A stretch of 62,617 nt of DNA from positions 35,250,079-35,312,695 of the forward strand of contig JARFYF010000051.1 of NCBI GenBank assembly GCA_030265395.1. The letters are read 5' to 3'. Positions 13,360-24,576 of this stretch are shown here, one piece after another. Position numbers and translations under genes: made by a program. This DNA comes from Rhina ancylostomus (Eukaryota). Within the stretch, counting starts at the first letter, position 1, and each line of letters opens with the position of its first letter. The notes under the pieces were generated by a model. The model was not told where the DNA came from, ran no database searches, and saw nothing but the letters and a program-made list of their open reading frames with translations.

Positions 13360-14280
13360 AGCAAAGCAGAGCATGGTTCAGCAGAGGTTTCATAAGGGAA
13401 GCATTATGTTGACAGGTTTATGAGAATCTTTTGAAGATATAATAAGCATGATAGAGGAAGAGGAGTTGATGGTCAAGGATTTCTAAAAGACATTTTATCA
13501 GCTGCCACAAAAAAAAACACTGGGGCTCGTGGGGCGGAGGCTAACATTACCATGGATAGGTGAACAGACAGAAAGCAAGGGTTTGGGATGGATGGATCAT
13601 TTTCAAATCAACAAGCTTCAATGAGTGGGGAGCCTCAGGGATCAGTTCTGGGACCTTAACAATTTTCAATCTTATTGGAGACTCGACTGAAAATACTGGG
13701 ACTGAATAGAAAGGACTTGACGTTTTCTGTCTTCATTTTAGATTTCCTTCATCTGCAGTATTTTTTATTCCCATTGGCTGAAGGTGTTGGTATGATATCC
13801 TAAAGTTTACTTCTGATACACAAATTGATGAGAAAGTTATGAGGACACACGATCTGGAAATTCATCAAGATTATTACTCCAGTATTGCAATCCTATAAGA
13901 GATCTCTTTTTCAATTAAGCTGTTAGAAGTATTATAGTGGAATGCATCCATGCTGGTTCCAAATCAGTGCTACCAGGTTCTCTTGTGTAACAACAGTGTT
14001 TCAAGAGCAGTGGTCATGAGATGTTGAAATTCTCATGTTGGTGCCACCTTGCATCACAGGTTTGACATTGGGTGTTTCCTCATGGGAGAGTCAAAGCCAA
14101 AGTCTCACAATCAGAGGCTGGCAACTTGAGGCAAAGAGGAATTTCTTGCCTCCAGAAGGTTGCGTCCTTGGAATTCTCTACCCCAAGAGATCTGTGGATG
14201 TGCCAAGGTATATTTCAAATCTGTTGTACTACAGGGATGATGGGTCTTTTGGTAGGGAAATAGTTAAGGCCAAAGATCAT
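13360..14280 (+). mobile_element. Highly decayed, fragmented CR1 LINE (RT region and 3' part)
   Basis: gagtggggagcctcagggatcagttctgggacc (SG.PQGSVLGP); gaggaatttcttgcctccagaaggttgcgtccttggaattctctacccca (WNSLP region). Confidence 0.65.
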
Positions 14281-15879
14281 GCGATTGGGGTCACATTGTC
14301 CACTCATCTGTTAAGCTGTCATTATCCTGGCTTGTGAAATGTCTCTATCATCTAGCCCCTCCCCTGCACTTCTGTGAATCAGTATTGCCTGCAGTAGAAT
14401 GGTGCCTACTGAGAGGATGACTCGATGTGGATGTTGAAGTAGAGCTCCAACCCTTGGAAAGTGCTCGCATGGTACTTTGGACAGCATGAGAACTTCAGAA
14501 GTATTAAGGAAAAAATGTAACAACTTTCACCTATGAGTGCAAACCGTTCCTCACACTTATTCCACCAAAGATGAAGCCCAAGGGAATGCACTTAAACAAG
14601 CTTTTCCTTGTCACTGTCATGCAAGATTTGAACAGAAATATTGTTAGCTGTTGGATGTGTGAACTGATTAATACACAGTCTCTTAACAAGACTCAGCGTT
14701 GCATATATATTAATGCAGCTGAAGTTGTTCAAGCTATTGAAGGCATGTACATTTAATAGACCCTTTCTGAGTAATGCTTAGAATTTCTTAAGAAAAGTTG
14801 GATTTGAGAGTTTGAAACCTGCAAAAATAGTGCTGAACCCTGAAGAATAACACACTATTAAATTTCTACTATATTTTATGTATGTCTAATTGATGGAAAA
14901 ATTGATTGTGCCAAAATGTGTTCTCTAATGGAGCAATTTTATATCGGGACGTGTGTTCCCAATGTGCACAAATGCTAACTTGTTTGGTTATTTATTTGCA
15001 ATAGACTTTGTTATTTTAGAGTCAGCTTGGCTCACAGATAGAAACATTAGCTAATCCTTATAGGGTCATATATCTTCAAGCTATTTCAGCCATTCCTTGA
15101 CCAATTTTGCTTTAAAGCCAAGAATCAAATTTCCCAGACCTGGGGTGAAAAATGCATTAATCCTAGTACTTGGGTCATAATATTGATAACATTGTTCCTG
15201 CTCTTCACTCATTCACTCCATCAATTTCTGTCACTTCTCACTGCAATGCCTTTTATTTCACTTTGACTCTGGACTTCTTACTCTTTGCTTGCCTCCAATC
15301 CTTTATCCTCTCTGTATAAGAAAATGCTCAAGCACAGTTCTGAGCATTTACACATAGGGTTTATGTGTTTGCCAAATCAGTGCAGATGTGGTGATCTCAG
15401 AGCTGGATACTTGGGCTTAGAAACTTGTTTGTTATAATTTCTAATTGTCTGGCGTCAAAAGAAAGTTTAGAACCTTCCTGTCATCACTTAAAAAATTCTG
15501 AAGAGAAAGCATGAAACTTGTTGATGTTATCTGGAACTAGTGTTAACAAGTTCCCTCTTCTAACACTAGTCCATTTCATAAATAGGGGGGACAAAGGGAT
15601 GAATTTCCTGCATGTGTTTTCCTCAGTTTTAGCTTCTGAGTGCCCTGTAAAGGTCACACTACAATATAACCAACGCCCTTTCAACTACAGGAGAGCATGC
15701 TTGGGGGGTGGGTGGCAGAGTCTTTCCAGAGAAGCAGAGGTACTGACACAGGCTCCTGAAGAACAGTGCACACAGGAAGCAATCTCTGTCTGCTAAGGAC
15801 TCTTGTGGAAGACGTTACCAAGGACAAGTCTGTAAGAGCCTGTACAAGGTCCCCTATTATGCAGCCAGGTGAATGCAAA

Positions 15880-16065
15880 AGTGGCATGGCAGTGCAGCAG
15901 TTAGTGTCATTCCAGGACCTCTGGTTTGATCTGTCTTTTTTTGCCTTTGGGTGGTGTTGGCTTGAAGTTTACATTATTTTTCCACATGGTCACTTGAGAT
16001 TCTGTTGGGTGCTCTCACTTCCTTCTAAGTGTCAAGGAGGTACTGGGTTAATTGGTTTATGTAAT
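15880..16065 (+). mobile_element. Old HE1/V-SINE-type SINE, 5' part
   Basis: gtggcatggcagtgcagcagttagtg head, decayed core, gggttaattggtttatgtaat. Confidence 0.55.
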
Positions 16066-16067
16066 GT

Positions 16068-16285
16068 ATTCTCATCACATCCCCATCAATTCCACCCAGA
16101 TTCTGCCACTTCTCTTGATACTTGGGGGGGGGGGGAGGGTAATTTACAATGGCAAATTAACCTACCAACCTGCACATCTTTGGGACGATGGAGGCAACTG
16201 AAACACCCAGAGGGAAACACAAGTGGTCTCAGGGAAAACCTGCAAACTCCACCCAGCACCAGGGGTCAGGGCTGAATCTGGGTAT
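16068..16285 (-). mobile_element. HE1/V-SINE-type SINE
   Basis: aatttacaatggcaaattaacctaccaacctgcacatctttggga...tgcaaactccac, the reverse complement of the SINE core. Confidence 0.8.
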
Positions 16286-16799
16286 CTAACAATGTGTTTA
16301 ATGTGTCAAATTTGCTTTTAAGGAGAGATTAAAATAAATCCGCTGGTAATGTAAGAGAGATGTTCTGAATAGATGGCTATTCCAGAGTTCTTTAGTGGTT
16401 TCCTTGTCTTTAATATCAATTCCATTGCTTTAGCCTAAAAACAAAGTTACCAGAAGAATTTGCTGATGGGTTCAGTGATCACCCTTTTGTGACTGTGATA
16501 TTCAGCAACGCTGAATAAATTGTTCATGTATATGGTCAACCTCCTGTTTATAGTGACACTTCTAATATTGCCTTACAGTCCTTGCTCTCTTTAGAGGATG
16601 TACTCAGCATAAATTGCTATCCTCATGGCATTTCAGGAGATTTCCTCATGGTTGGTCATAAGATGAGAATTTCGCTGCACTTGATTTGAGGCGTGATTAG
16701 GTCTATTTTAGACTAATCATTAGATATCAATTGTGATTGGCAAGCAATATCACCAAGGCCGTATCATGCAACTGTCAGGATGGTAGATAGCAAAGCAGG

Positions 16800-17065
16800 A
16801 AATGTAGTTTCAGAAAGAGGCCATTCAGCCCTTTGAGCTGATTGCAACATTCAAACAGATTATGATTTATCCATTTCTGAAATCCATCCCTCTTCCTCCA
16901 TCATTGCCCAATAAAAATCTGTCGCTGTCTATGTTGTGCTTCCTAATATCAACCTTGAATGGCCTTTTATAATCTGAAGAGCTTGCTCTCTTGTCGCCTT
17001 TCCTTACCAGTGGAAATACTTTGTCCTTTTTCTCTCTGTCTACACAATCAATTGCTTTGATCACC
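16800..17065 (-). mobile_element. Old CR1 3' fragment
   Basis: aggccattcagcccttt tail; ORF 16867..17064 MIKAIDCVDREKKDKVFPLV. Confidence 0.6.
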
Positions 17066-17084
17066 TTGCTTTGAGTCAGTTATA

Positions 17085-19808
17085 AGCAGTGAAACAGGCT
17101 CTTCGACCCAGCTGGTCCATGCTGACCAAGATGCCCCATCCAAGCCAGTCCTATATGTTAGTGTTTGGCTCATAGCCTTTCCAATCCATGTACCTGTCCA
17201 ACTCTCTTTTTAAAAGTCATTATTGTACCTGCCTCAACCATTTCCTCTGGCAGCTCATTCCACATACATACCACCCTTTGTGTTTCTTAAAAAAGAAGTT
17301 GCCCCTTGAGTTCCAATTAAATCTTTTCCCTCTCACCTTCAAACCTATGCCCTCTAGTTCTTGATTCCCCAACCCTTGGAAAAAGACTGAGTGTATTCAC
17401 CCTATCTATGCCCCTCATGATTTTATACACCTCTTTCAGATCACTTTGCAGTCTCCTACACTCCAAGGAATAAAGTCCGAGCCTGTCCAATCTCACCCTT
17501 TAACTTGGTTCCTCAAGTCCTGGCAACATCCTTGTAAATCATTTCTGCACTCTTTCCAGTGTAATAGCATGTTTCCTTTAGCAGGGCATCTAAAACTGAA
17601 TACAGCACTCCAAGTGCGGCCTCACCAGCGTCCTGTACAACTGCACCATGACTTCACAACTTTTATACTCAATGCCCTGACTTATGGAGGCCAGCATGCC
17701 AAAAGCTGCCTTTACCACCCTGTCTATCTGAGGTAACTTTCAGTGAACCACATACTTGTACTCCAAGGTCCCTCTTCTACAACCCGCTCCAGGGCCCTGA
17801 TGTTCACTGTGAAAGTCCTTCCTGGATTTGACTTTCCAAAATGCAACACCTCGCACTTATCCAAATTAAACTCTGGTTGCCATTCCTTGGTCAACTTATT
17901 TGGCTGCTCGAGGTCCCCCTGTAATATTTGATAACCTTCCTCATTGTTCACTGTACCACCCATTTTAGTGTCATCTGCAGACTTACTAACCATGCCTTGT
18001 TCTTATCAAAATCATTGATGTAGATGACAAACAACAATGGGCTCAGCGCTGACCCCTGAAGCACAATACTAGTCACAGGCCTCCAATCCAAGAAACAACC
18101 TTCCACCATCGCCCTCTGCTTTCTACTATCAAGCCAATTGTGCATCCAATTAGCCAGCTTTTCTTGGGTTCCGTACAATCTAATCTTCAAGAGCAGCCTA
18201 CCATGTGGAACCTTATCAAAGGCCTTACTGAAGTCCAGATAAACCATATCTACCATCCTGCCTTCATTGACTTTCTTGGTTGTATTATCAAAAAAACTCT
18301 ATCAAGTTCATAAGACGTGATCTCTCACACCAATCCATGCTGACAAGCCACAAGCAACTCCTGTCTTTCCAGATGTACTTATCCCTCTGAATCCTCTCCA
18401 GTAACTTGCCTACCACAGATGTTAGACTTACTAGTCTATGGTTCCTAGTTTTCTTTGCCACCCTTAAATAAAGATAGAACATTTGCTACCATCCAGTCTA
18501 CTGGTGCCTAACCCATAGCTCACAATGATGTAAATATCTCAGCCAGGACTCCCTCAATTTCTTCAGTGTTCTTGGATATACCTGATCAGGCCCTTGAGAT
18601 GTGTCTACTTTCATACCTTTTTAAGACATCCAGCACCTCCTCTACTATAATTCAGACTATTCTCAAGATATCTCCATTTACTTTTTCAAGTTCCCAAGTC
18701 TTCATATCTTTCTCCATAGTAAAAACAGGAGAAATATTCATTAAGGACCTTGTCCATTTCCTGTGGCTCCACATAAAAATGCCCCTTTTGTTCTTTGAGG
18801 GGCCCCATTTTCCCCCTCTGGTTATTCCTTTTTCCTTGATGTACTCATAAAATCTCTTTGGATTTTCCTTAATCTTCTCTGCCAAAGCTATCTGTGCCCC
18901 CTTTTTTTTTTACTCCTCCTGATTTCCTTTCTCTTGTATTCCCAGTACTCCAGGGATTTGCTTAATCCCATGCCTCCTTTTTCCTGGCCAGGGCCTTGAT
19001 ATTCCTCAAAATCCAGGGTTCCACACTCCTACCAGCCTTGCCCTTTAACAGGAAAATGCAGACATTGAGCTCTCACTATCTCACCTTTAAGAGCCTCCCA
19101 CTTGCCTGTGGTCCCTTTGCCCACAGACAATTTACTCCAATCAACCTTTGCCAGCTCCTGTCAAACTGTCAAAATTTGCCTTGCCGCAGTTTAGAACTTA
19201 AACATGTGGACCAGTTCTGTCCCTTTCCATAACGAGTTTAAAGCTAATAGAACTATGATCACTGTGCTCCCCCACTGTCACTTTAGTCACCTACCCCACC
19301 CTATTACCCAAGAGTAGGTTGAGCTTTCCCTCTTCCTTGTAGGATCCTCTGTATATTCCCCAAGGAAACTGCCCTGAACTGAACAAATTCCACCCCATCT
19401 GAACCATTAACAGTATGGCAGTCCCAGTCTATGTTAGGAAAGTTTAAAAATCCCCAACAATGACAACCCAATTATTCTTGCAACTCTCCACAATCTCCCT
19501 GCATATTTGTTCCTCTAATTTTCATTGGCTATTTGAGGGCCTATTGTACAACCCCAACAATGTGATCATCCCCTTATTTCTCAGTTCCACCCATAAAGTT
19601 TCACTGAGTGATCTTTCAGTAATTTCATCTCTCACCACTGCTGTGATATCCCCCTTGATTAAAAATGCAACTCCCCCTCCTCTCTTTTCCCCCACCTCTA
19701 TCCCGCCAAAAACACCTGTACTTCAAAGTTGCCAGTCCTGTCCCTCCCTCAGCCATGTTTCTGCAATGGCTATGATATCCCAGCCTTACATAGCTATCCA
19801 TGCCCTTG
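17085..19808 (-). mobile_element. CR1/HER1-type LINE, most of ORF2 (APE endonuclease + RT) plus 3' UTR, frameshifted
   Basis: Minus-strand pieces DIIAIAETWLREGQDWQL (~19730-19785), KIKENPKRFYEYIK, LVSLTSVVGKLLERI, VYLDFSKAFDKVPHGRLL, QGSALSPLLFVIYIND, SKSADDTK, WQPEFNLDKCEVLHFG; tail gaaacaggctcttcgaccc. Confidence 0.95.
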
Positions 19809-19892
19809 ATCAGATCTCAAGTTAGATCAATTCAATGTATAAAGGAGTTGTGATCTGTTATCACAATGTGGTAACTTTAGCCCATCATCTCT

Positions 19893-20235
19893 GGCTGATT
19901 CAGCTGGTAGAGCCACTGCCTTGCGGTGCCAGTGACCCAGGTTCAATCCTGACTTCTGGTGCTGTCTGTGTGGAGATTGCACATTCTCCCTGTGAGCATG
20001 TGGCTATTCTCTCCCATTCCTCTCCGGTTTCTCCAAAGAGCACAGGTTGGGAGGTTAATTGGCCACTGTAAATTGTCCCCTGTGTGCAAATGAGCAGTAG
20101 AATCTAGAATTGATGGGAATGTGGGGAGAATAAGATCGATTTGGGTTGGGTTCGAGGAAAAATGGGTGCCTGATGGTTGCCGTAGACTTGGGCTGGAGCA
20201 CCTGTTTCCGTGCTGAATATCTCTGACTCCATTGA
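19893..20235 (+). mobile_element. HE1/V-SINE-type tRNA-derived SINE, CR1 tail type A
   Basis: A-box-like tcagctggtagag, B-box ggttcaatcc (19940), core tctgtgtggagattgcacattctccctgtg, tail cctgtttccgtgctgaatatctctgactc. Confidence 0.9.
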
Positions 20236-20346
20236 CCCCCAGTGCCTGCCTGTGCTCCCCTCCATTCACCAACAGTCAAAATCAACCCGTAATTTTTCTC
20301 ATGTCTAGCATTTTCAATATTTCCATGATTTTGTTGTCCATTGCAG

Positions 20347-20390
20347 TCAAACGGGCTTTGGCCAAGTTTAATCTCAGTGAGGTACTGGAG
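20347..20390 (+). other. Candidate 44-nt exon
   Basis: ttttgttgtccattgcag|TCAAACGG...GTACTGGAG|gtaagg; open as xKRALAKFNLSEVLE; lies between repeats, so weaker than the other two candidates. Confidence 0.25.
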
Positions 20391-21427
20391 GTAAGGTGGC
20401 CCCTATAAGTGAATAGGGTTGATTGCATGCTGAGAAAGGGCTGCTGGGAGAGAGAGAACAAAAAGGGACAAGTGGAAAATAAAAGAGCAAACTAAATCAC
20501 CCTGCAATCTCTGGAATTCTTTGCTCTGGTGAATGCTGGATCACTAGAAATATTTAAAGTGGAGGTAGATAACTATTTGATTGAGGAATAGAATCTTGCA
20601 CAAAATGAAGCTGAGTAGTTAAAATATGAATTCCATAAGCTTTATTATGGTGAGTGGTTTTGAGTGACTTTCTAATAGTAATCTGTATGGATAATTACTG
20701 GTATATTTATAAATTCGCATCAATGCAACTCTGCATACAGATTGATGAGGTTTACAGATTGTGAAGGATAATTGCTGTACCTTGTGAAGGGCCTTTTTCC
20801 GCGCTGTATGACTCTGTGACTCTACTTTTAACTGGAAGCAGTCAAATCAGTTTGTGTTATATAAATAACCCCTCAGTTATCACGATGGCTGTCCCCTTCA
20901 CAACTGAATGGAAGTTTGGAACTGCAGAGATAGGATGGATATGCTGAACCTGCAATCAGCTGCTTGCTACTTACTGGGCAGAGATGTTCTCCTGACATAA
21001 TACAACTTCTACAGATTTTGACTGACAAATCAGGTCCACTGGTGGACAATTTCCTCAGGGCAAACATCTCAAAGGGGGAAAATGGCTGGAGCTAATGTCC
21101 CATTTTTAAAATAAATATTTGATGTAAAAGTTATGAAAGTTTAAATGCCTATTTTTAAAAATTGTTTCCCAGTTTGTTTTCTAATATTTTAAATGTTCAT
21201 ATTTTTTGTTTATCATTTTTGAGGATATTTTAATGGTATAATTGGCTCTGGTTTTCAATCGCCTTGGTGGCCAGTAAATAAAAGGAAGAAGCTACAGCTG
21301 ACTGTTCTGAGGAAGGGTCTTTGCTCAGAACCTACTGAGCTTCCAACATTTTCTGTTTTTATTTATTGTTGACAGACAGTAAGCTTGGTGGCAGTCTCTG
21401 ACCAGCTCTCAAAGCACACTGCTTTCA

Positions 21428-21773
21428 GGGCGGTACAGTGGTACAGCTGGCATCAATGCTGCCTCACTGCTCCAGCAACCCAGATTTGATCCCGGTTTCC
21501 AGTGCTGGCAGCGTGGAGTTTGCATCTTCTCCTTGTGACCATGTGGGATGGCTTTGGGTCCTGAACATACATGGGTCAGTAGCTTAATTGGCCACTATAA
21601 ATTGCCCCTCATGGGTGAGTGGTTGTTGAATATTTGGGAGGGGGGCGGAATAATGGGAATATGGGGAGAATAAAATGGGATTAGTGTTGGATTCGTGTAA
21701 AAAAAAAATTGATAATCAGCATGGACTTGATAGGCTGAAGAGCCTGTTTTGAGTGCTGCTGTTGCTCTTTGAC
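21428..21773 (+). mobile_element. HE1/V-SINE-type SINE, tail type A
   Basis: gggcggtacagtggtacagctgg head; gtggagtttgcatcttctccttgtgacc core; ggctgaagagcctgtttt tail. Confidence 0.9.
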
Positions 21774-21969
21774 CAGCATCTCAGTGCAGTGCCTATGACT
21801 TTGATTGGAAAAGCTCTATGTGGCCACTCTGCTGGAAGCCAGCTTTCCAGTAGAAGAGTGGGCATGGGCACCTGCGCTGAGTGAGGTTTGGCTTCCGTGG
21901 CAGGTGCCTGGCAAGCTGGTATGGCTCGCAGTTACTAGAAGGACTGGCTCATTAGGACCATTCCATTGC

Positions 21970-22277
21970 GGCCAGCAGGGTGGTGCAGCGGGTAGTGCTG
22001 CTGCCTTGCAGCTCCAGTGACTAGCTTCGATCCTGACCTCTGCTTCTGTTCTCACTCTGACCCTGTGGGATTTGCCCCCGGGTTCTCTGGTTTCCTCCCA
22101 CATCCAAAGGCTTGTTGGCTGGTGGGGTGATTGGCCACTGTAAATTATCCCTTTGTGGCTAGAGAACCAAGATGGAGTTGATGGACATGTGGGAGTTAAA
22201 TGGGGGAATGGGATTGATAGGATTGCTCTGCGAGCTGGCATGGATGTGATGGGTGGAATGGCTCCTTATGTCATGAG
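21970..22277 (+). mobile_element. HE1/V-SINE-type SINE, tail type B
   Basis: ggtggtgcagcgggtagtgctgctgcc head; ggtttcctcccacatccaaag core; ggattgctctgcgagctggcatggatgtgatgggtggaatggctcctt tail. Confidence 0.85.
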
Positions 22278-22483
22278 ACAATGTTAATACAGATTGACAC
22301 TCTCCGCTCCAGCACCCTTGGGACCTGACTAGTGTCAGATCACAAATTTCCAATGATCTTCCTCTGAAATAGCAATAACATATAGCTTCTGATCTCTGTT
22401 CCAGTCGCATGTGAACCAGGATGCATGTTGTGTAAAAAGTCCACGAATCTCTTGTTATTGGAATACCAGTATTACAAATAGAC

Positions 22484-22645
22484 AATGCTAAGAGTACGCA
22501 GCATTTTAGATGGTATCTGTAGAGAGAGGGAAGCAGTTAACATTTCAGGTTCTGATGAAAAGTCACTGGTCTGAAATGATCTTCTGATCTCTTTTCATAG
22601 TTAACGTCGTACCTGCTGAGTATTTAGAGCATTTTCTATTTTAAT
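22484..22645. mobile_element. Palindromic unit of two opposed Penelope-associated terminal repeats with a hammerhead-like core
   Basis: Left arm aatgctaagagtacgcagc...gttaacatttcagg mirrors right arm ...cctgctgagtatttagagcatttt; CTGATGA 22552-22558, GAAA 22573-22576. Confidence 0.65.
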
Positions 22646-22694
22646 TAACTATCTGACTGAGGTGGAGTATTAGGGCTCGTTTATTTGCATTTGA

Positions 22695-22855
22695 ACTATA
22701 TTAAGAGGTGTTTAAACAGACACATGATCAGGCAGGGGATGGAGGGATATCAACCATGTGCAGGCAGAATGGGATTAGTTTTAATTGGCATCCTGGTTGG
22801 CACAGATATTGTGGGCCGAAAGATCTGTTCTTGTGTTCTATGTTCCATGTTCTGT
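22695..22855 (+). mobile_element. CR1/HER1-type 3' tail
   Basis: ttaagaggtgtttaaacagacacatga...gtgggccgaaagatctgttcttgtgttctatgttccatgttct. Confidence 0.85.
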
Positions 22856-24558
22856 ACTAACATCTATAATAGTGGAACTATCCTAAAAAAATTCAGCTGG
22901 TTTAATCAGGTTTCCAGTTTTCTATGGTTGTGTAACACTTTTTCAGTTTTATTCCTTGTGACAATGATTTTTTTTCCCTTTTGACTTTTTTTTCTTTGGG
23001 CTCATTGTTCTGCAAATCTTGCCTCGAGTGCTTGCTTTGCTTCAAAAGAATGCATCTGAGCTCTCCCTTGGAGGCCACTAATCACTTCATCCATCCATTC
23101 AGAAAGCCTTTCACTCTCACTCTCTAACAAAAAAAATTAAATTTTTATCAATTGCTGCTCGGTTAGTTCAGTCCTGCGTCATCACCAAGTCCCTGCGTAC
23201 ATTTGATAATTTGCTTGTGAGGTTGCTAGCTTAACTATCAGAAACCACGTCTGTTAATACGAAGAGGTGTGCACCTTATCACTTCATCTAATCTCTGCCT
23301 GTATTTCAGTGGATGCTTCTTAATAGATAACTTGAAGAAAATGTTCCATTTAGCCAATTGCAACTGTTAAGGTCACATGAGCAATAAATCAGGGCTCTAT
23401 TCTGAGAACTATTCCCATGAATTTTAGCTGTACTGGGTATAACTTTTCTCTGCACCTGTGATCAAAAGAATTTTAGGCTGCCTTTTACTTATTGAATTGA
23501 ACTGTACTGGAAACACTTAGTGAGTTGTTAAATTCAACAACCTTTCATTGCAAAAGGTATTTGATTGCTAATCACATTTGCAGTTAGAGAAACGAAAGTT
23601 ATTTTGTGACTTGTATCAGGTAACTGATTAGCTCCAATATTTTGCCAGAGGCTGGGAAACGAAGCAGAACAAGAGAAATGAAGTCATTCTGATACCTCCT
23701 CATAGCAGAGAAACATAAAGTGCTTCTTTATGCATCAGCAGCATTTTGGATTGCAAGACAAGGACAGACAATTGCTGGATTGTTAAGCAGCAGCATCAGC
23801 CCTAGCCTGTGCTTTTCATTTTGTTGCTTTGTTTGTACAGTCGTGGTTTTAATGTTATTACTTAGATTAAATTAGTAGAAGCATCCTATACAATGAAATG
23901 CAAATTTGTAAACCTGTTTTATGATCAATGTAACCATTTTATGGGATGAAATGGCATAAAAATTGAATTACTATGGTATGACTTAAACCAAGCACAGAAA
24001 ATCAGTTGTGTTGCCGTGGACATTAAGGATATTGGGTTGGTATTACAGGAGTAGTTCTGTTCAAGACCTCTGTGGGCTATTCCTGTGCTATTTCTATAGA
24101 TGGCCAAGTGGCACCCAGAGCATCCTTCAGATGCAATCCACATGTGAAGGAAGCTAAACCTGTGTGTTCAGGAACATTAAGAACAGAGGCCCTTGTGGTT
24201 TCCACAACAACAGCTTGCGTGCGCGGATGAGGCAGAAATTGTGTTGCTGCATCAAACACCAGAAGTACTCCCGGAGACTTAAATCACGCAAAACAAAAGG
24301 GTCCATTCAGCATCCGGAATAAAATGAGAGCAGCAAGAAAATAGATATTGTTGCTGGAAATAGGAGGAAGAAAGACTTGGCCTCTTTTATATCACGTAAA
24401 GCGTGACCAACATTTACAGTCTGTTTAGTAAGTCGGGATTGAGATGGGATTTGAAGAGTAATTCCCTACCATTCTTCTCCACTGAATACTTGTGTAGCTT
24501 TCACCCTACCATTGCGCAGATGGCAAGTTGCAATGTCCCTTGCTTTCTTTGAACCCAG

Positions 24559-24576
24559 GAAAGCGGCAAGAGCGTG
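24559..24576 (+). other. Candidate 18-nt frame-preserving microexon
   Basis: cccttgctttctttgaacccag|GAAAGCGGCAAGAGCGTG|gtaagt; no stop in any frame; two CpGs retained; ~3-kb repeat-poor block. Confidence 0.5.

Noticed and set aside
15766-16275. 169-aa ORF
   Set aside because: Reads through two SINE copies; similar peptides (WQINLPTC, ENLQTP) recur in other SINE-derived ORFs.
17724-18885. RT-like ORFs as a retron, DGR or other prokaryotic RT system
   Set aside because: The motifs and 3' tail are typical vertebrate CR1, fragmented by frameshifts, in a eukaryotic context.
19893-19960. tRNA genes at SINE heads
   Set aside because: A/B boxes are present but continue into SINE cores; no cloverleaf.
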